Shown here piece after piece: positions 47,142 to 57,810 of a stretch of DNA of 64,000 nt. A program made the position numbers and the translations under genes. The stretch covers positions 2,208,001 to 2,272,000 of the forward strand of contig OY781066.1 of NCBI GenBank assembly GCA_963676395.1, written 5' to 3'. Under the pieces are notes generated by a model, which worked only from the letters and a program-made list of their open reading frames with translations, did not search any database and was not told the DNA's origin. The first letter of the stretch is position 1. Each line of letters opens with the position of its first letter. The DNA is from a bacterium. Its GTDB lineage: Bacteria; Fidelibacterota; Fidelibacteria; Fidelibacterales; Fidelibacteraceae.

Positions 47142-47852
47142 ATGATTACAAGCAACAATCGTCCTATCATCGGTGTGAATTCAAGCTATATGGAAGATGC
47201 CCATAAATGGTATAAAGTCCCGGTCAATTATATTAATGCCATTTATAATGCAGGCGCTTTACCTTTGATCATTCCATGTAATCCCTCAGCGGAAGAGTTG
47301 GATGCATACATTGAGATCATTGATGGTATGCTGTTTACCGGCGGGGCCGATTATCCGGCAAGTCTTTATGGCGAAGAAGCGGATGATAAACTTGAACCAA
47401 TGGATAATAAGCGTGCCGAAACGGATATGATTCTGGCAAAAAAAATCCTCGAAGAAACCGAAATTCCTGTTTTGGGGATCTGCGCGGGCCATCAACTTCT
47501 TGCTATTGCTAAAGGCGGAAAACTCATTCAGCACATACCGACAGCGAAAGATCATGAAAAAACCGGAGATACGGAGCATCGTATTACAATAAAAGGTGGA
47601 AAATGGCTAAAAAGCATTTTCAATGAGGACAGTATTATTGTAAATTCCAACCACCATCAGGCAGTTATGCTCCATCCTTTTCCTAAGGACTTCGAGTTGG
47701 TTGCCACAGCGGATGACGGTGTTGTTGAGGCTATGGAACTAAATGAAAATCGTATGGTTTTAGGGCTGCAATGGCATCCGGAACGTACAAAAAATAAAGA
47801 ACATACGAAGATGATCTTCGATTTCTTTGTTACTCAAATAAAAGAAAGGTAA
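47142..47852 (+). CDS. Gamma-glutamyl-gamma-aminobutyrate hydrolase family (peptidase C26)
   Basis: TGGAD, LGICAG.Q, VNSNHHQ, QWHPE. Confidence 0.88.
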   Translation: MITSNNRPIIGVNSSYMEDAHKWYKVPVNYINAIYNAGALPLIIPCNPSAEELDAYIEIIDGMLFTGGADYPASLYGEEADDKLEPMDNKRAETDMILAKKILEETEIPVLGICAGHQLLAIAKGGKLIQHIPTAKDHEKTGDTEHRITIKGGKWLKSIFNEDSIIVNSNHHQAVMLHPFPKDFELVATADDGVVEAMELNENRMVLGLQWHPERTKNKEHTKMIFDFFVTQIKER

Positions 47853-47860
47853 AATCGCGT

Positions 47861-50800
47861 ATGAAACGCATTGCTATTTATGCACTTACATTGTTGACAC
47901 TTGTTACACTTATTTCCTGTGCAGGAGGTGCGCAAAGCGTTATAAAAGATGTTCCAAAAGAGTATGAAGGCAAAGGCAGGCGAGTTCAACAAGCTTATGC
48001 TGCCGCGCAAACCTTTCTTGATAACTGTAAAAAAGGAAAACTGAACGACGTCCAGATGGTTTCTTATGCCGGTCTGGATACCTTGGTTTTCGACAAAAAA
48101 GCCAAAACTCTCGATCTATACTTTGATAAATATTTTGCTCGTCGTCCCTTTCGAGAATTGGGCGTTGCAAATATGTACGAAGATCTGAGCATCGAGCTGG
48201 GTAAGTCTTTTCGAGGGTATACATTGACCATGTATTCGACCGGTGTTCCCATTGAGCAACTGGTTCCAAATTATTTTATTCAGGATCCCGCAAATTACGA
48301 TACCAGCAAAATGATCATTCCGGCGCCGGGTGTTGAGCCTATCGTACGCAACAATTCCAAACCTTTTGTACCCTCTAAAGGTCTTTATGGTCGACACATT
48401 GCACTTTGGAATTCTCATGGCTGGTATTACGAAAATTCTCTGCATCGTTGGGAATGGCAACGTGCCAGAAACTTCCAGACGGTTGAAGATATTTATCCTA
48501 CAATATATGTTTTACAGTATTTGGTACCCATGCTGGAAAATGCCGGCGCCAATACCTTTATTCCTCGTGAACGTGATTATAATAAGAATGAAGTGATCGT
48601 CGACAATGATGATCCTGCCAGCGGTTACACCGAAAACGGTCGCTGGTCAGAGGGCGGTATAGGTTTTGGCCCCGGAAATGCTCCCTATAAGAGCGGCGAT
48701 AACCCATTTGAAATGGGGACCTATCGTCGTCGTCCCGCCAATGATCAGTTTGCCTCGGTAGAATATGCTCCCGAGATCCCCGAAAGCGGTGAATATGCCG
48801 TTTATATTTCATATCACCATGATCCCACAAACGTTGATGATGCCAAGTATACGGTTTATCATGCCGGTGGTCGAACAGAGTTCCTTGTTAACCAGCAAAT
48901 GGGGGGTGAAACGTGGATTTTTCTGGGTAAATTTAAATTTAACAAAGGCGGAGAAAATAAAGTCATTGTTAAAGCCAACCGCTTAAGTCAAAATAAATAC
49001 ATTTCTACCGATGCGATTAAATTCGGTGGTGGTATCGGTGATGTAGAGCGAGGTGGAATGACCTCCGATCGCCCTCGTTGGCTCGAAGGTGCCCGTTATT
49101 ATTTACAGTATGCCGGTATGCCTGAGATGGTTTATAATATTCATCAGGATACGGTTGACTACAACGATGATTATAAATGTCGTGGCGAATGGGTGGATTA
49201 TCTTAGAGGTGCTCCTTTTGGTCCAACAGCCGATAGAGAAGCGGCCGGTTTGGGCATTCCCATTGATATGAGCTTTGCTTTTCATACAGATGCCGGTACA
49301 ACCCGAAATGATACCGTTGTTGGAACCTTGTTGATCTATTCCAGTCGAGGCGGTAAAACCAATTGGGACGCTCCCGGCGATTCTGCCGAAGTAACTTTCC
49401 CGGATGGACAGTCTCGCTATACCAACCGTGATTTAGCTGATTTGATACAAACACAGATCGTTGATGATATTCGTGCCAAATACGATGAAGCCTGGAACCG
49501 CCGCGATATGTGGGATGCGGCTTACAGTGAAGCTTGGCGACCCAATGTGCCTACAACACTGCTTGAATTGCTTTCTCATCACAATTTTCTTGATATGAAA
49601 TTCGGGAATGACCCTCAATTCCGTTTTGATGCTTCCCGTGCCATATATAAAGGTATTCTCAGGTATATGTCGTTGCAATATGGTTTTGATTATGTTGTAC
49701 AGCCATTGCCGCCAACTCATGTTGCCGCCGAGGTTTTGCATGGTAAGGTCATTCGTATTAAATGGCAGGCAAAGCGTGATCCGCTTGAACCGACCGCTAT
49801 GCCGACTAAATATATGGTTTATACCCGTAGAGATAATGGCGGTTGGGATGATGGGATTCTCATTAACGGTAATCAGTGTATGATACCATCAGTTAATGAT
49901 AATGTGGTATATAGTTTTAAAGTCACCGCTTTAAACGATGGAGGCGAAAGCTTCCCCTCAGAGATCGTATCAGTCTGCAATGTACCTGATGGCGAAAAAG
50001 TTCTTATCGTAAATGGTTTTGATCGTGTCTCGGGACCGGCAACATTGGAAAGCGATCAATATTTAGGCTTTATGGATTCTTGGGAAAAAAGTGTTCCCGA
50101 TGGATATGATCTTGGTTATATCGGAGCTCAGTATGATTTCGATGCCAGTTCAAAATGGCTGGATGATGATTCTCCCGGGAACGGCGCTTCTTATGCGAAT
50201 ATGGAAACGGAGGTTATTGTCGGTAATACCAAAGATTATTGTATTTTACACGGCAAAGCCATTAAAGCTGCAGGATTTTCATTCGATTCGGCTTCCGATG
50301 AGGCTATTTCTTCGGGATTGATCGATCTTGAAAATTACAAATACATGGATATTATTTACGGAGAACAAAAAGCAACACCTTGGCCCAAAGATAATGGTAA
50401 AAAACCTCGATTTAGAGTTTTTCCTAAAGCTTTTATGAGTGCGGTTGAAGACTTTACAAGCATGGGCGGGAATGTATTTCTCAGTGGCGCTTATGTAGGC
50501 ACGGATCTTTTGGGAGATACCACAAAAATGAACTTTGCCAATAATGTTTTAAAGTATCGTTGGCGAACAGATCATGCCTCAAAATCGGGTAATGTGTATT
50601 CTGTAAATAGTGCACTGTTGGGCGACAATAGTAAATATCGATTCATTACAGAATTTGATCCTCAAATTTATGGTGCCGAAAATCCCGATGCTCTTGAAGC
50701 CGCTAAAGGTAGTGGTGGCTTAACCGTAATGCGTTACAGTGAAAATAATGTTTCGGCAGCTGTGGCTTACAATGGTGAAAATTACAATACTTTTGTTATG

Positions 50801-50941
50801 GGCTTTCCTTTTGAATGTATCAAATTAGAAAATGAAAGAAACTCATTGATGAAACGAATACTTGAATTTTTTAAAAAGGATTTAGATATTAAGAACGACT
50901 ATTCTAAGGATGGTAGAAAGAAATCATCGGTGAATAAATAG
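47861..50941 (+). CDS. Multidomain lipoprotein: Amidase_3-like, golvesin-like and FN3 (often labelled xanthan lyase)
   Basis: ISC lipobox; HIALWNSHG, WEWQR, FHTDA, LELLSH; FN3-type FKVTALNDGGES. Confidence 0.7.
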   Translation: MKRIAIYALTLLTLVTLISCAGGAQSVIKDVPKEYEGKGRRVQQAYAAAQTFLDNCKKGKLNDVQMVSYAGLDTLVFDKKAKTLDLYFDKYFARRPFRELGVANMYEDLSIELGKSFRGYTLTMYSTGVPIEQLVPNYFIQDPANYDTSKMIIPAPGVEPIVRNNSKPFVPSKGLYGRHIALWNSHGWYYENSLHRWEWQRARNFQTVEDIYPTIYVLQYLVPMLENAGANTFIPRERDYNKNEVIVDNDDPASGYTENGRWSEGGIGFGPGNAPYKSGDNPFEMGTYRRRPANDQFASVEYAPEIPESGEYAVYISYHHDPTNVDDAKYTVYHAGGRTEFLVNQQMGGETWIFLGKFKFNKGGENKVIVKANRLSQNKYISTDAIKFGGGIGDVERGGMTSDRPRWLEGARYYLQYAGMPEMVYNIHQDTVDYNDDYKCRGEWVDYLRGAPFGPTADREAAGLGIPIDMSFAFHTDAGTTRNDTVVGTLLIYSSRGGKTNWDAPGDSAEVTFPDGQSRYTNRDLADLIQTQIVDDIRAKYDEAWNRRDMWDAAYSEAWRPNVPTTLLELLSHHNFLDMKFGNDPQFRFDASRAIYKGILRYMSLQYGFDYVVQPLPPTHVAAEVLHGKVIRIKWQAKRDPLEPTAMPTKYMVYTRRDNGGWDDGILINGNQCMIPSVNDNVVYSFKVTALNDGGESFPSEIVSVCNVPDGEKVLIVNGFDRVSGPATLESDQYLGFMDSWEKSVPDGYDLGYIGAQYDFDASSKWLDDDSPGNGASYANMETEVIVGNTKDYCILHGKAIKAAGFSFDSASDEAISSGLIDLENYKYMDIIYGEQKATPWPKDNGKKPRFRVFPKAFMSAVEDFTSMGGNVFLSGAYVGTDLLGDTTKMNFANNVLKYRWRTDHASKSGNVYSVNSALLGDNSKYRFITEFDPQIYGAENPDALEAAKGSGGLTVMRYSENNVSAAVAYNGENYNTFVMGFPFECIKLENERNSLMKRILEFFKKDLDIKNDYSKDGRKKSSVNK

Positions 50942-50970
50942 GATATATTACACGTCTCGGACATAAAGAA

Positions 50971-51714
50971 ATGAAGATAAATCAATCCACATATTTAAAG
51001 TTAATAGTAGCACTTATGCTATGTACATCGCTTTTTGCAAAGGATCCCGGCTTGAATGCTTTTTATCAGGGAGATTACAAAAGTTCGTCGGAATATTACG
51101 AAGCCAGATTAAAAAAGGATCATAATAACGAAAAGATCATGTACAATCGCGGAACAAGTGCTTTAGCCGAAAAAGATTACGAAACGGCTCAGTCCATGCT
51201 AAGACAAAGTTTGTCTGCTTCCGATGAATCGCAGTTGGCAAAGAGTTATTATAATCTTGGTCAGATAGCCTTGCAACAGCAAGATACGGAAGAAGCGCTT
51301 GAAAATTTTAAAAAATCAATGCTTTATGATCCCGATGATGTTGATGCCAAGATCATGTATGAACATTTGCAACAACAAATGAAGCAACAGCAGCAGCAAC
51401 AGCAAGATCAAGATCAACAGAACGATCAGGATGAGCAGAATGATCAGGAAAAGCAAGATCAGGAACAAGAAAAACAGGACCAAGAGCAAGAAGAGCAACA
51501 ACAAGATCAGCAGCAGGATCAACAACAAGAACAAAAACAGGATCAACAGCAGGAATCTCAGCTGAGTGAAGATGACCTGAAGGGGGAAGACCTGAGCAAA
51601 GAGCAGGCAAAGAATATTTTAAATGCCATGAAGGAAGATGAAAAAGAATCAATGAAAAAACTGATCTTAAGTCAGGCAAAATCTAAAAAGATCAAAAGAA
51701 GTAAAGAATGGTAA
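50971..51714 (+). CDS. batC: BatC-like TPR protein with Q/D/E-rich linker
   Basis: TPRs (YNRG, YYNLG), low-complexity Q-rich stretch, C-terminal KEW; directly upstream of batD. Confidence 0.75.
   Translation: MKINQSTYLKLIVALMLCTSLFAKDPGLNAFYQGDYKSSSEYYEARLKKDHNNEKIMYNRGTSALAEKDYETAQSMLRQSLSASDESQLAKSYYNLGQIALQQQDTEEALENFKKSMLYDPDDVDAKIMYEHLQQQMKQQQQQQQDQDQQNDQDEQNDQEKQDQEQEKQDQEQEEQQQDQQQDQQQEQKQDQQQESQLSEDDLKGEDLSKEQAKNILNAMKEDEKESMKKLILSQAKSKKIKRSKEW
51370..51555 (+). repeat. Coding low-complexity CAR/GAT repeat (QQDQ/EKQDQ units)
   Basis: Visible in both DNA and translation. Confidence 0.8.
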
Positions 51715-53399
51715 AAAGACTAAATATCATCATTTTATTTGTGTTGGCTGCCACCACACTTCTATGGGGACAAAAGGTCACCTGCAGTATGTCTAAAACA
51801 AATTTCTCTATGCAGGAAGAAGTGAAGATCATTTTCACTTTTGAAGATATCAGAAATGCTCCCCGAGCCGTTGACCTGAAATTACATGATACCTTTTCAA
51901 TAGTCGGCGGTCCTTATTCCTCATCAAATTACTCATGGGTAAATGGCAAATCAACTTCTACAAATACAGTCAGTTATGATCTTATTCCCCTAAAAAGCGG
52001 TAAGATCAAGATACCCTCATATGAATTTAAGATTAAGAATAAAGTTTATAATACTGATGCTTTTTCCGTAAAAATAAGCAAAGATATTGTGAGCGAGAAT
52101 ACAGGTGAAGAAGATATGCCAAATATTTTTCTCCGAACCGTCTTGAAGAAAAAGGAATATTATCAGGGCGAATGTTTTACCCTGGAGTATCTCTTGTTTA
52201 CCGCTGAGAATGTTGTTAATTATACCACAAATCCCGTTTCAACGCTTGAAGGGTTTATTGTTGATGAGTTTGAATTGAATTCATCTCCCGTTACGAGTAA
52301 GCGTATTATCAATGGCAAAGAGTATCTTGTCGCAAGTATTGCTTCCTTAACATTAACACCCACAGAGATCGGGCAGGTGATCTTACCGGTTAAAGCCTTT
52401 AGGATATCACTTAAAAAGCGTGGACAAAGCAGAACAGTGTTCGATGATCCTTTTTTTGGTGTCAGTACTAAGGATGTCAATATTGTCGCACCTATTGATA
52501 CCATACAGATATTACAGCTTCCTGATTACGCCGGACCTTCTTTTAGTGGGGCTATCGGCGAGTTTACAATGAATGTCAGCATCGATTCATTGCTTATACT
52601 TGAAAATCAAGCAACGGCATTGAATGTGGAATTAAGTGGTCATGGGAATATGGGACACTTCACTTTTCCGGGACAGGAATTCGGAAACAATTTTGAAGTC
52701 TTTGAACCCAAAGTGAAAGATAATTATAAATTTAAAGGCTATGATTATGTCGGAAAACGAGCATGGGAATATGTTCTGATCCCTTCGCGTCCCGGTATTT
52801 ATAAATTTGATGACATCTTGTTTACATTCTTTTCACCCAAGAAGAAACAATATGTTACCCTGCGAGGTGAAGTCCCTGCGTTAAAAGTTGTTTCTCATAA
52901 TGAGATCGAAGGAGATTACGATTCAAAGCTTACTCCCGAAGAAGTTCGCTTGCTTTCCAAAGATATCCGATTTTTACAAATGCAGGAAAAATACACCCGA
53001 TCGATTGACGATCACCCTCTGGAAAATAAAAAGATCTGGATGTTTTTCTATTTTTCCGCTTTATTGTTAGTGGCAATGTTTGTTCTTGAATTGAATACTA
53101 TCTATAGAAAAAAACATATGGGTTCAATCAGGTATCGCAACGCCTTTAAAACTGTCATCGCACAGCTGCAAAGCATTGATGATGAGACAGAAAGCAGTAT
53201 AATGCTGGATGTTATTCAAACGGCCTTTATGCAATATTTGCAGGATAAAAAGATCCGGCAATTTGATTATCCTGAATTAGAGGACATTATTAAGACTATG
53301 GAAACCTATAAATATGCTCCCGGTTCACTTTCGCATGCTCAATTGAATGATTTAAAGGACCAATGTTTAACAATGATTGAAAAAATGGAGGAAGTATGA
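51708..53399 (+). CDS. batD: BatD family protein
   Basis: GP..SS..SWVNGK, FDDPFFG, FSGAIGEF, G.GN, C-terminal TM helix. Confidence 0.85.
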   Translation: MVKRLNIIILFVLAATTLLWGQKVTCSMSKTNFSMQEEVKIIFTFEDIRNAPRAVDLKLHDTFSIVGGPYSSSNYSWVNGKSTSTNTVSYDLIPLKSGKIKIPSYEFKIKNKVYNTDAFSVKISKDIVSENTGEEDMPNIFLRTVLKKKEYYQGECFTLEYLLFTAENVVNYTTNPVSTLEGFIVDEFELNSSPVTSKRIINGKEYLVASIASLTLTPTEIGQVILPVKAFRISLKKRGQSRTVFDDPFFGVSTKDVNIVAPIDTIQILQLPDYAGPSFSGAIGEFTMNVSIDSLLILENQATALNVELSGHGNMGHFTFPGQEFGNNFEVFEPKVKDNYKFKGYDYVGKRAWEYVLIPSRPGIYKFDDILFTFFSPKKKQYVTLRGEVPALKVVSHNEIEGDYDSKLTPEEVRLLSKDIRFLQMQEKYTRSIDDHPLENKKIWMFFYFSALLLVAMFVLELNTIYRKKHMGSIRYRNAFKTVIAQLQSIDDETESSIMLDVIQTAFMQYLQDKKIRQFDYPELEDIIKTMETYKYAPGSLSHAQLNDLKDQCLTMIEKMEEV

Positions 53400-54175
53400 G
53401 TAAAAAATATCTGTTAATACTTCTTCTGCTCTTTTCGCTGTGTTCGCTTTATGCTGTAAACCTGCAAAGAGAAACGACCTTTAAAGAAGGTGTATCCGCT
53501 TTTGCGGCTGAAGATTACGAAAGATCGATCAATATTTTTCTGGGACTAATGAACGAAGGCGAAATTTCCTGGGAATTATACTATAATTTAGGAAATGCCT
53601 ATTATCGCAAAGGTGAGCTCGGAAATGCCATTCGTTATTGGGAAAAGGCTAAAGTTATTTCACCCTCGCAGGAAGATATTATTTATAATTTGAACATTGC
53701 CGAGCAACGACTTATCGATAAAGTGGTTCTACCGAAAATATTTCCATTGTTTAAGTGGTATCGCGATCTACGTGCCCGTGTAGATGTGGCAAAATTTATC
53801 TTTATTATTGGAGTACTGCTTTTTGTTGCTTTACTGGCTTTGGCATTTCTTAAGTATTATGGCAAGAATGCTAAAGCGCCACGAAAACTGCTTATTACAA
53901 TCGTGATAGTATCTTTGAGCTTTGGTGTTATACTAACAGCCGTTGCCTTGGATGCCGGTTCCAATAGAAAAGACCAACATCATGCCATAGTGCTTGAAAA
54001 TACTGTAAATATTTATTCGGAACCCGATGAAAGCTCGACTATTCTTTTTATTCTGCATGAAGGCTCCAAAGTAAAAGTAAATAAGAAAATTGAAGACATC
54101 TGGATGAATATTTCTTATTTTGATGATAAGATAGGTTGGATAAAAAGCGAAACACTTGGAGAGATCGAAGAATGA
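53396..54175 (+). CDS. batE: BatE-like TPR plus SH3-like protein
   Basis: YYNLGNAYYR.G..G.AI, two TM helices, LHEGSKV...W..I...GWI. Confidence 0.85.
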   Translation: MSKKYLLILLLLFSLCSLYAVNLQRETTFKEGVSAFAAEDYERSINIFLGLMNEGEISWELYYNLGNAYYRKGELGNAIRYWEKAKVISPSQEDIIYNLNIAEQRLIDKVVLPKIFPLFKWYRDLRARVDVAKFIFIIGVLLFVALLALAFLKYYGKNAKAPRKLLITIVIVSLSFGVILTAVALDAGSNRKDQHHAIVLENTVNIYSEPDESSTILFILHEGSKVKVNKKIEDIWMNISYFDDKIGWIKSETLGEIEE

Positions 54176-54615
54176 AAAAAGCAGCATTGGTGGTTACTAT
54201 ATTTTTGATCTCGACATTCCTATATGCACAAGTGATCCAACAGGAATTTTTAAATCCTCAAAAAGTTCGAAAAACTTATAAACATAGAGAATTTCAGCAG
54301 ATCCTTTTTGCTGATGATGAAGTCTTTAATAATGATCCGGCATCCCTGGAAAAAGAATTTATTGAGACATCAGGATATAGGATCCAATTAATCTCGACTC
54401 AAAATCTTTCCGAAGCGATCTCTGTGAAAGTTGAAGCCGATTCTTTGTTTACTACACCGGTATATGTGGATTTTGAGCCTCCTAACTACAAAGTTCGAAT
54501 CGGGAACTATCTCTCGGCCGATGAAGCCGCTGTGATGCAGGAACGGATGCAAAAACGAGGTTTTAAGTTTGCCTGGGTGGTCCCCTCTAAAATTGTAATT
54601 GCAAGAAACAAATGA
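54172..54615 (+). CDS. SPOR domain protein
   Basis: GYRIQL, PNYKVRIGNY, GF..AWVV; ATGA overlap start at 54172. Confidence 0.85.
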   Translation: MKKAALVVTIFLISTFLYAQVIQQEFLNPQKVRKTYKHREFQQILFADDEVFNNDPASLEKEFIETSGYRIQLISTQNLSEAISVKVEADSLFTTPVYVDFEPPNYKVRIGNYLSADEAAVMQERMQKRGFKFAWVVPSKIVIARNK

Positions 54616-55712
54616 CAAAAAGATACATGATCATATTTCTAGTCCTGATTACTGTATCGGGACTCTTTGCTATAGATGAGGCCTTTCATAAAGGCTATGA
54701 TCTCTTTTATAATTATCATTTTGAAGAAGCTGAAAATTACTTTAAAGAGAAAATGAAGGATGCAGAAGATCCTTTTCCGTATTATGCTTTTTATTCTTAC
54801 AGTAAGATCCGGTCATCATTGGCCAATGCGGAATATTCTACGGCCATGGACGAAGCGGATAAGGTGATTCACACCTATCGTCCTGTTTTTGAGAGTTATT
54901 TGCAACAACATCCCGACGATGTGAACGCTCAGTTCTTTTATACCGCACTTCTTGCAGGAAAGATGCGCATTTATTTGAATAAAATGGCTTATATGGATAT
55001 TCTTAAAGAAGCGCCACGGATTTTGGCAAATAAGGTGAGTATTGATAAGTACAGTAAGGGAGAATTCCCCGAAATGGCTTTTGGGACCGGCGCATTTGAT
55101 TATTATTTATCAGTGGTCGGTGCAAATCTTGGTTTAGCCGGTATATTTACCAATACCCGCAGTGATGGACTTGCCGATTTATCCTTCGCTTATAAAAATG
55201 CCGAATATACCAACTGGGAAGCTGCTATTGTACTCATGTATGTTGATCTATATGATAAGATGGATTACGAAGCCTGCGAAGTGCTTTATAAAGACTTTTT
55301 AGAAAAATATCCCAATAATTTAGAGGTATTGTCTATTGCTGCCGAGGCTTCATTTTATCAAGCTCGTTGGCGTGAAGGTGATATTTATCTAAAACATATT
55401 AAGAAATTGTTAAATCATGGTATTTTAAGGAATGATAAAGGCTGGGTAGCTAAAATAAAATTTCTTGAAGGAGTGCGAGCCATGCTAAAAGAAGAGCATG
55501 TCCAGGCTCTTGAATACTTCAATGAAGCCTATGAAATGAATGCCATTGAATATTCATGGTATCAAGCTATTATTCTTAAATATACCGGAGATATTTATCT
55601 TAAAATGGGATTTGTAAGAACCGCTAAGCTATATTACGAAGAAGTCGCTAACGGTATTGAGATATCCCCGCATGTGAGAGAAGCGAAAGATTTGCTAAAA
55701 ACCCTCAAGTAA
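54612..55712 (+). CDS. Exported TPR-like helical protein
   Basis: Signal peptide; helical repeats (KYPNN). Confidence 0.65.
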   Translation: MTKRYMIIFLVLITVSGLFAIDEAFHKGYDLFYNYHFEEAENYFKEKMKDAEDPFPYYAFYSYSKIRSSLANAEYSTAMDEADKVIHTYRPVFESYLQQHPDDVNAQFFYTALLAGKMRIYLNKMAYMDILKEAPRILANKVSIDKYSKGEFPEMAFGTGAFDYYLSVVGANLGLAGIFTNTRSDGLADLSFAYKNAEYTNWEAAIVLMYVDLYDKMDYEACEVLYKDFLEKYPNNLEVLSIAAEASFYQARWREGDIYLKHIKKLLNHGILRNDKGWVAKIKFLEGVRAMLKEEHVQALEYFNEAYEMNAIEYSWYQAIILKYTGDIYLKMGFVRTAKLYYEEVANGIEISPHVREAKDLLKTLK

Positions 55713-55845
55713 ATTCTGAATTTTAATTAACGAGTATAGATTTAATATATAGAATATAATTCTCTGAATTTTTCTTTTTGTCAATATTTCTGCCAAAATG
55801 ACAAAATCCCCTTGATTATCACAAATATCCTCTCTAATTTCTTGC

Positions 55846-57003
55846 ATGAGAAATATTGAACAAAAATACGGAATTATCGGTGGATCACAGGCGATCAAAG
55901 AGGTGATAGGAGTTGTCGAGCAGGTAGCGCCATCGGATATCTCTATCTTGATCTACGGTGAAAGTGGCGTCGGGAAAGAATTGGTAGCCAAAGCATTACA
56001 TGATCTTTCCCTGAGGAAACACGCAGAATATGTTATTGTAAACTGCGGAGCTATCCCTGCCGGTACGATCGAATCGGAATTATTCGGTCACAAAAAAGGC
56101 TCTTTTACCGGAGCTGTTGAGAATAGAAAAGGTTTTTTTGAAACAGCTGATAATGGTACCATCCTATTGGATGAGATCGGTGAATTGCCTTTGGAAACAC
56201 AGGTTAAACTTTTACGAACCCTTGAACAAGGCGAGATCACCCGTGTGGGGGAAAGTCAGGCGAAAAAAGTCAATGTACGCGTGATTGGAGCAACCAATCG
56301 TGATTTGCAGTCCGAAGTAAGTCAAGGTAAATTTAGACAGGATCTTTACTTTAGGCTAAAAACCATCATGATCCGAATACCGCCGTTAAGAGAACGAAAA
56401 GAAGATATCCCTATGTTGGCTGAACATTTTATGATGCGTTATGCCGATGAACATAATCTTGCATATAAACCGATTACACCGCAAGCAATGGCACTGATCG
56501 AGGAAGCCAAGTGGGAAGGTAATGTACGTGAATTAAAGAATTTTATACAGAGTGTATTCGTATTAGAGCACAATAATATGATCCAGGCTTCTACTGTTTC
56601 ACAGCATTTAAGTCCAATGCATGAACCGTTGATGTACGATACCCGTTTCCCGGTTCCGGTAAACAAAGAAGCCGATGTGGTTGATAGAGAATTGATTTTA
56701 AGGCAATTGTTTTTTATTCGTCAAGATATTGAAGAGATTAAAAATAAGTTGAGTGATCTGGAGCCTGATGGTGACTTTGTTGCTGATAGGGTAAGGGATA
56801 TTAGTAATATTCTTAATGCAAATGTGCACAATGAAGTTCAGGTGGAGCTTCCTCAACGCTCAAAAACAATGCAAGAGATAGAAAGAGATACCATTAAGAA
56901 AACCCTGGATAGATTTTACGGCTCAAAACGAAAAACCGCTCAAGCGCTTGGTATGAGCGAAAGGACATTGTATCGTAAGATCAATGAGTATGATCTTAAT
57001 TGA
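55846..57003 (+). CDS. Sigma-54-interaction AAA+ regulator with Fis HTH and no N-terminal sensor
   Basis: GESGVGKE, ESELFGH.KGSFTGA, DEIGE, FRQDLYFRL, GNVREL, HTH LGMSERTLYRK. Confidence 0.92.
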   Translation: MRNIEQKYGIIGGSQAIKEVIGVVEQVAPSDISILIYGESGVGKELVAKALHDLSLRKHAEYVIVNCGAIPAGTIESELFGHKKGSFTGAVENRKGFFETADNGTILLDEIGELPLETQVKLLRTLEQGEITRVGESQAKKVNVRVIGATNRDLQSEVSQGKFRQDLYFRLKTIMIRIPPLRERKEDIPMLAEHFMMRYADEHNLAYKPITPQAMALIEEAKWEGNVRELKNFIQSVFVLEHNNMIQASTVSQHLSPMHEPLMYDTRFPVPVNKEADVVDRELILRQLFFIRQDIEEIKNKLSDLEPDGDFVADRVRDISNILNANVHNEVQVELPQRSKTMQEIERDTIKKTLDRFYGSKRKTAQALGMSERTLYRKINEYDLN

Positions 57004-57025
57004 CAATTAGGAATGAAAAGTTAAG

Positions 57026-57220
57026 ATGGAATGTAAAAAGGAAAATAATTTAAAGAATTGTTCATGCACATATCCCTGTACTCGAAAAGGGATGTGTTGT
57101 GAATGCGTAGAATATCATAGATCCAATCGGCAGATCCCGGGATGTTTTTTTCCTGCTGAAGCTGAAAGAACATATGATAGATCTTATGAGTATTTTGCGG
57201 AACTTGTTATTAAGGAATAA
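57026..57220 (+). CDS. Small Cys-rich protein (DUF6485-like)
   Basis: CSCTYPCTRKGMCCEC..YH.....PGCFF...ERTYDRS. Confidence 0.75.
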   Translation: MECKKENNLKNCSCTYPCTRKGMCCECVEYHRSNRQIPGCFFPAEAERTYDRSYEYFAELVIKE

Positions 57221-57226
57221 GATTTA

Positions 57227-57275
57227 AGCCAACAGCCCACAGCTGATAGCCGAGGGCTGATAGCTAATAGCTAAA
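57227..57275 (+). repeat. Degenerate heptamer array (AGCTRAT-type)
   Basis: agccaac agcccac agctgat agccgag ggctgat agctaat agctaa. Confidence 0.7.
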
Positions 57276-57288
57276 TAAGGAAAACAAC

Positions 57289-57810
57289 ATGATCATAGTA
57301 TACACCGGTGACGGTAAAGGGAAAACATCTGCGGCTTTGGGTACGGTTCTCAGGGCTAGCGGTTATCATAAAAAGACGTGTATCATCCAGTTTATTAAAG
57401 ATGGTACGCAATATGGTGAACATCATGCTTTAGAGCAAGGCTTGGGTGACTTTGTGGATGTCTATCAAGCCGGCATAGGTTTTTATAATCTCCCCGGTGA
57501 TGAACATTCCGAAATAGATCACATTAAAGCAGCGGCTGAAGCGATGGTTTTTGCTAAAAAGAAAATGAAAGATAAGAGTTATGATATTCTTGTTTTGGAT
57601 GAAATCGTTACCGCTATGAGTGTTAATCTTGTCAGTGAAGAAGACATTCTTGCCTTAATAAAGAAGTTACCTAAAAAACTGCACCTTATCCTGACCGGTA
57701 GGGGAGCCAGCGACGCATTGATCAAAGCGGCTGATCTTGTAACGGAAATGCGTGAGATCAAGCATCCTTTCCAAAAACAGGAACCAGCAGTGGAAGGAAT
57801 AGATTTTTAA
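57289..57810 (+). CDS. cobO: Cob(I)alamin adenosyltransferase (CobO/BtuR type)
   Basis: YTGDGKGKTSAALG, IQFIK, LVLDE, LTGR, ADLVTEM..IKHPF, GIDF. Confidence 0.92.
   Translation: MIIVYTGDGKGKTSAALGTVLRASGYHKKTCIIQFIKDGTQYGEHHALEQGLGDFVDVYQAGIGFYNLPGDEHSEIDHIKAAAEAMVFAKKKMKDKSYDILVLDEIVTAMSVNLVSEEDILALIKKLPKKLHLILTGRGASDALIKAADLVTEMREIKHPFQKQEPAVEGIDF

Noticed and set aside
47861..50941. True PL8 xanthan lyase
   Set aside because: Recognisable motifs are amidase-like, golvesin-like and FN3; no PL8 catalytic domain seen.
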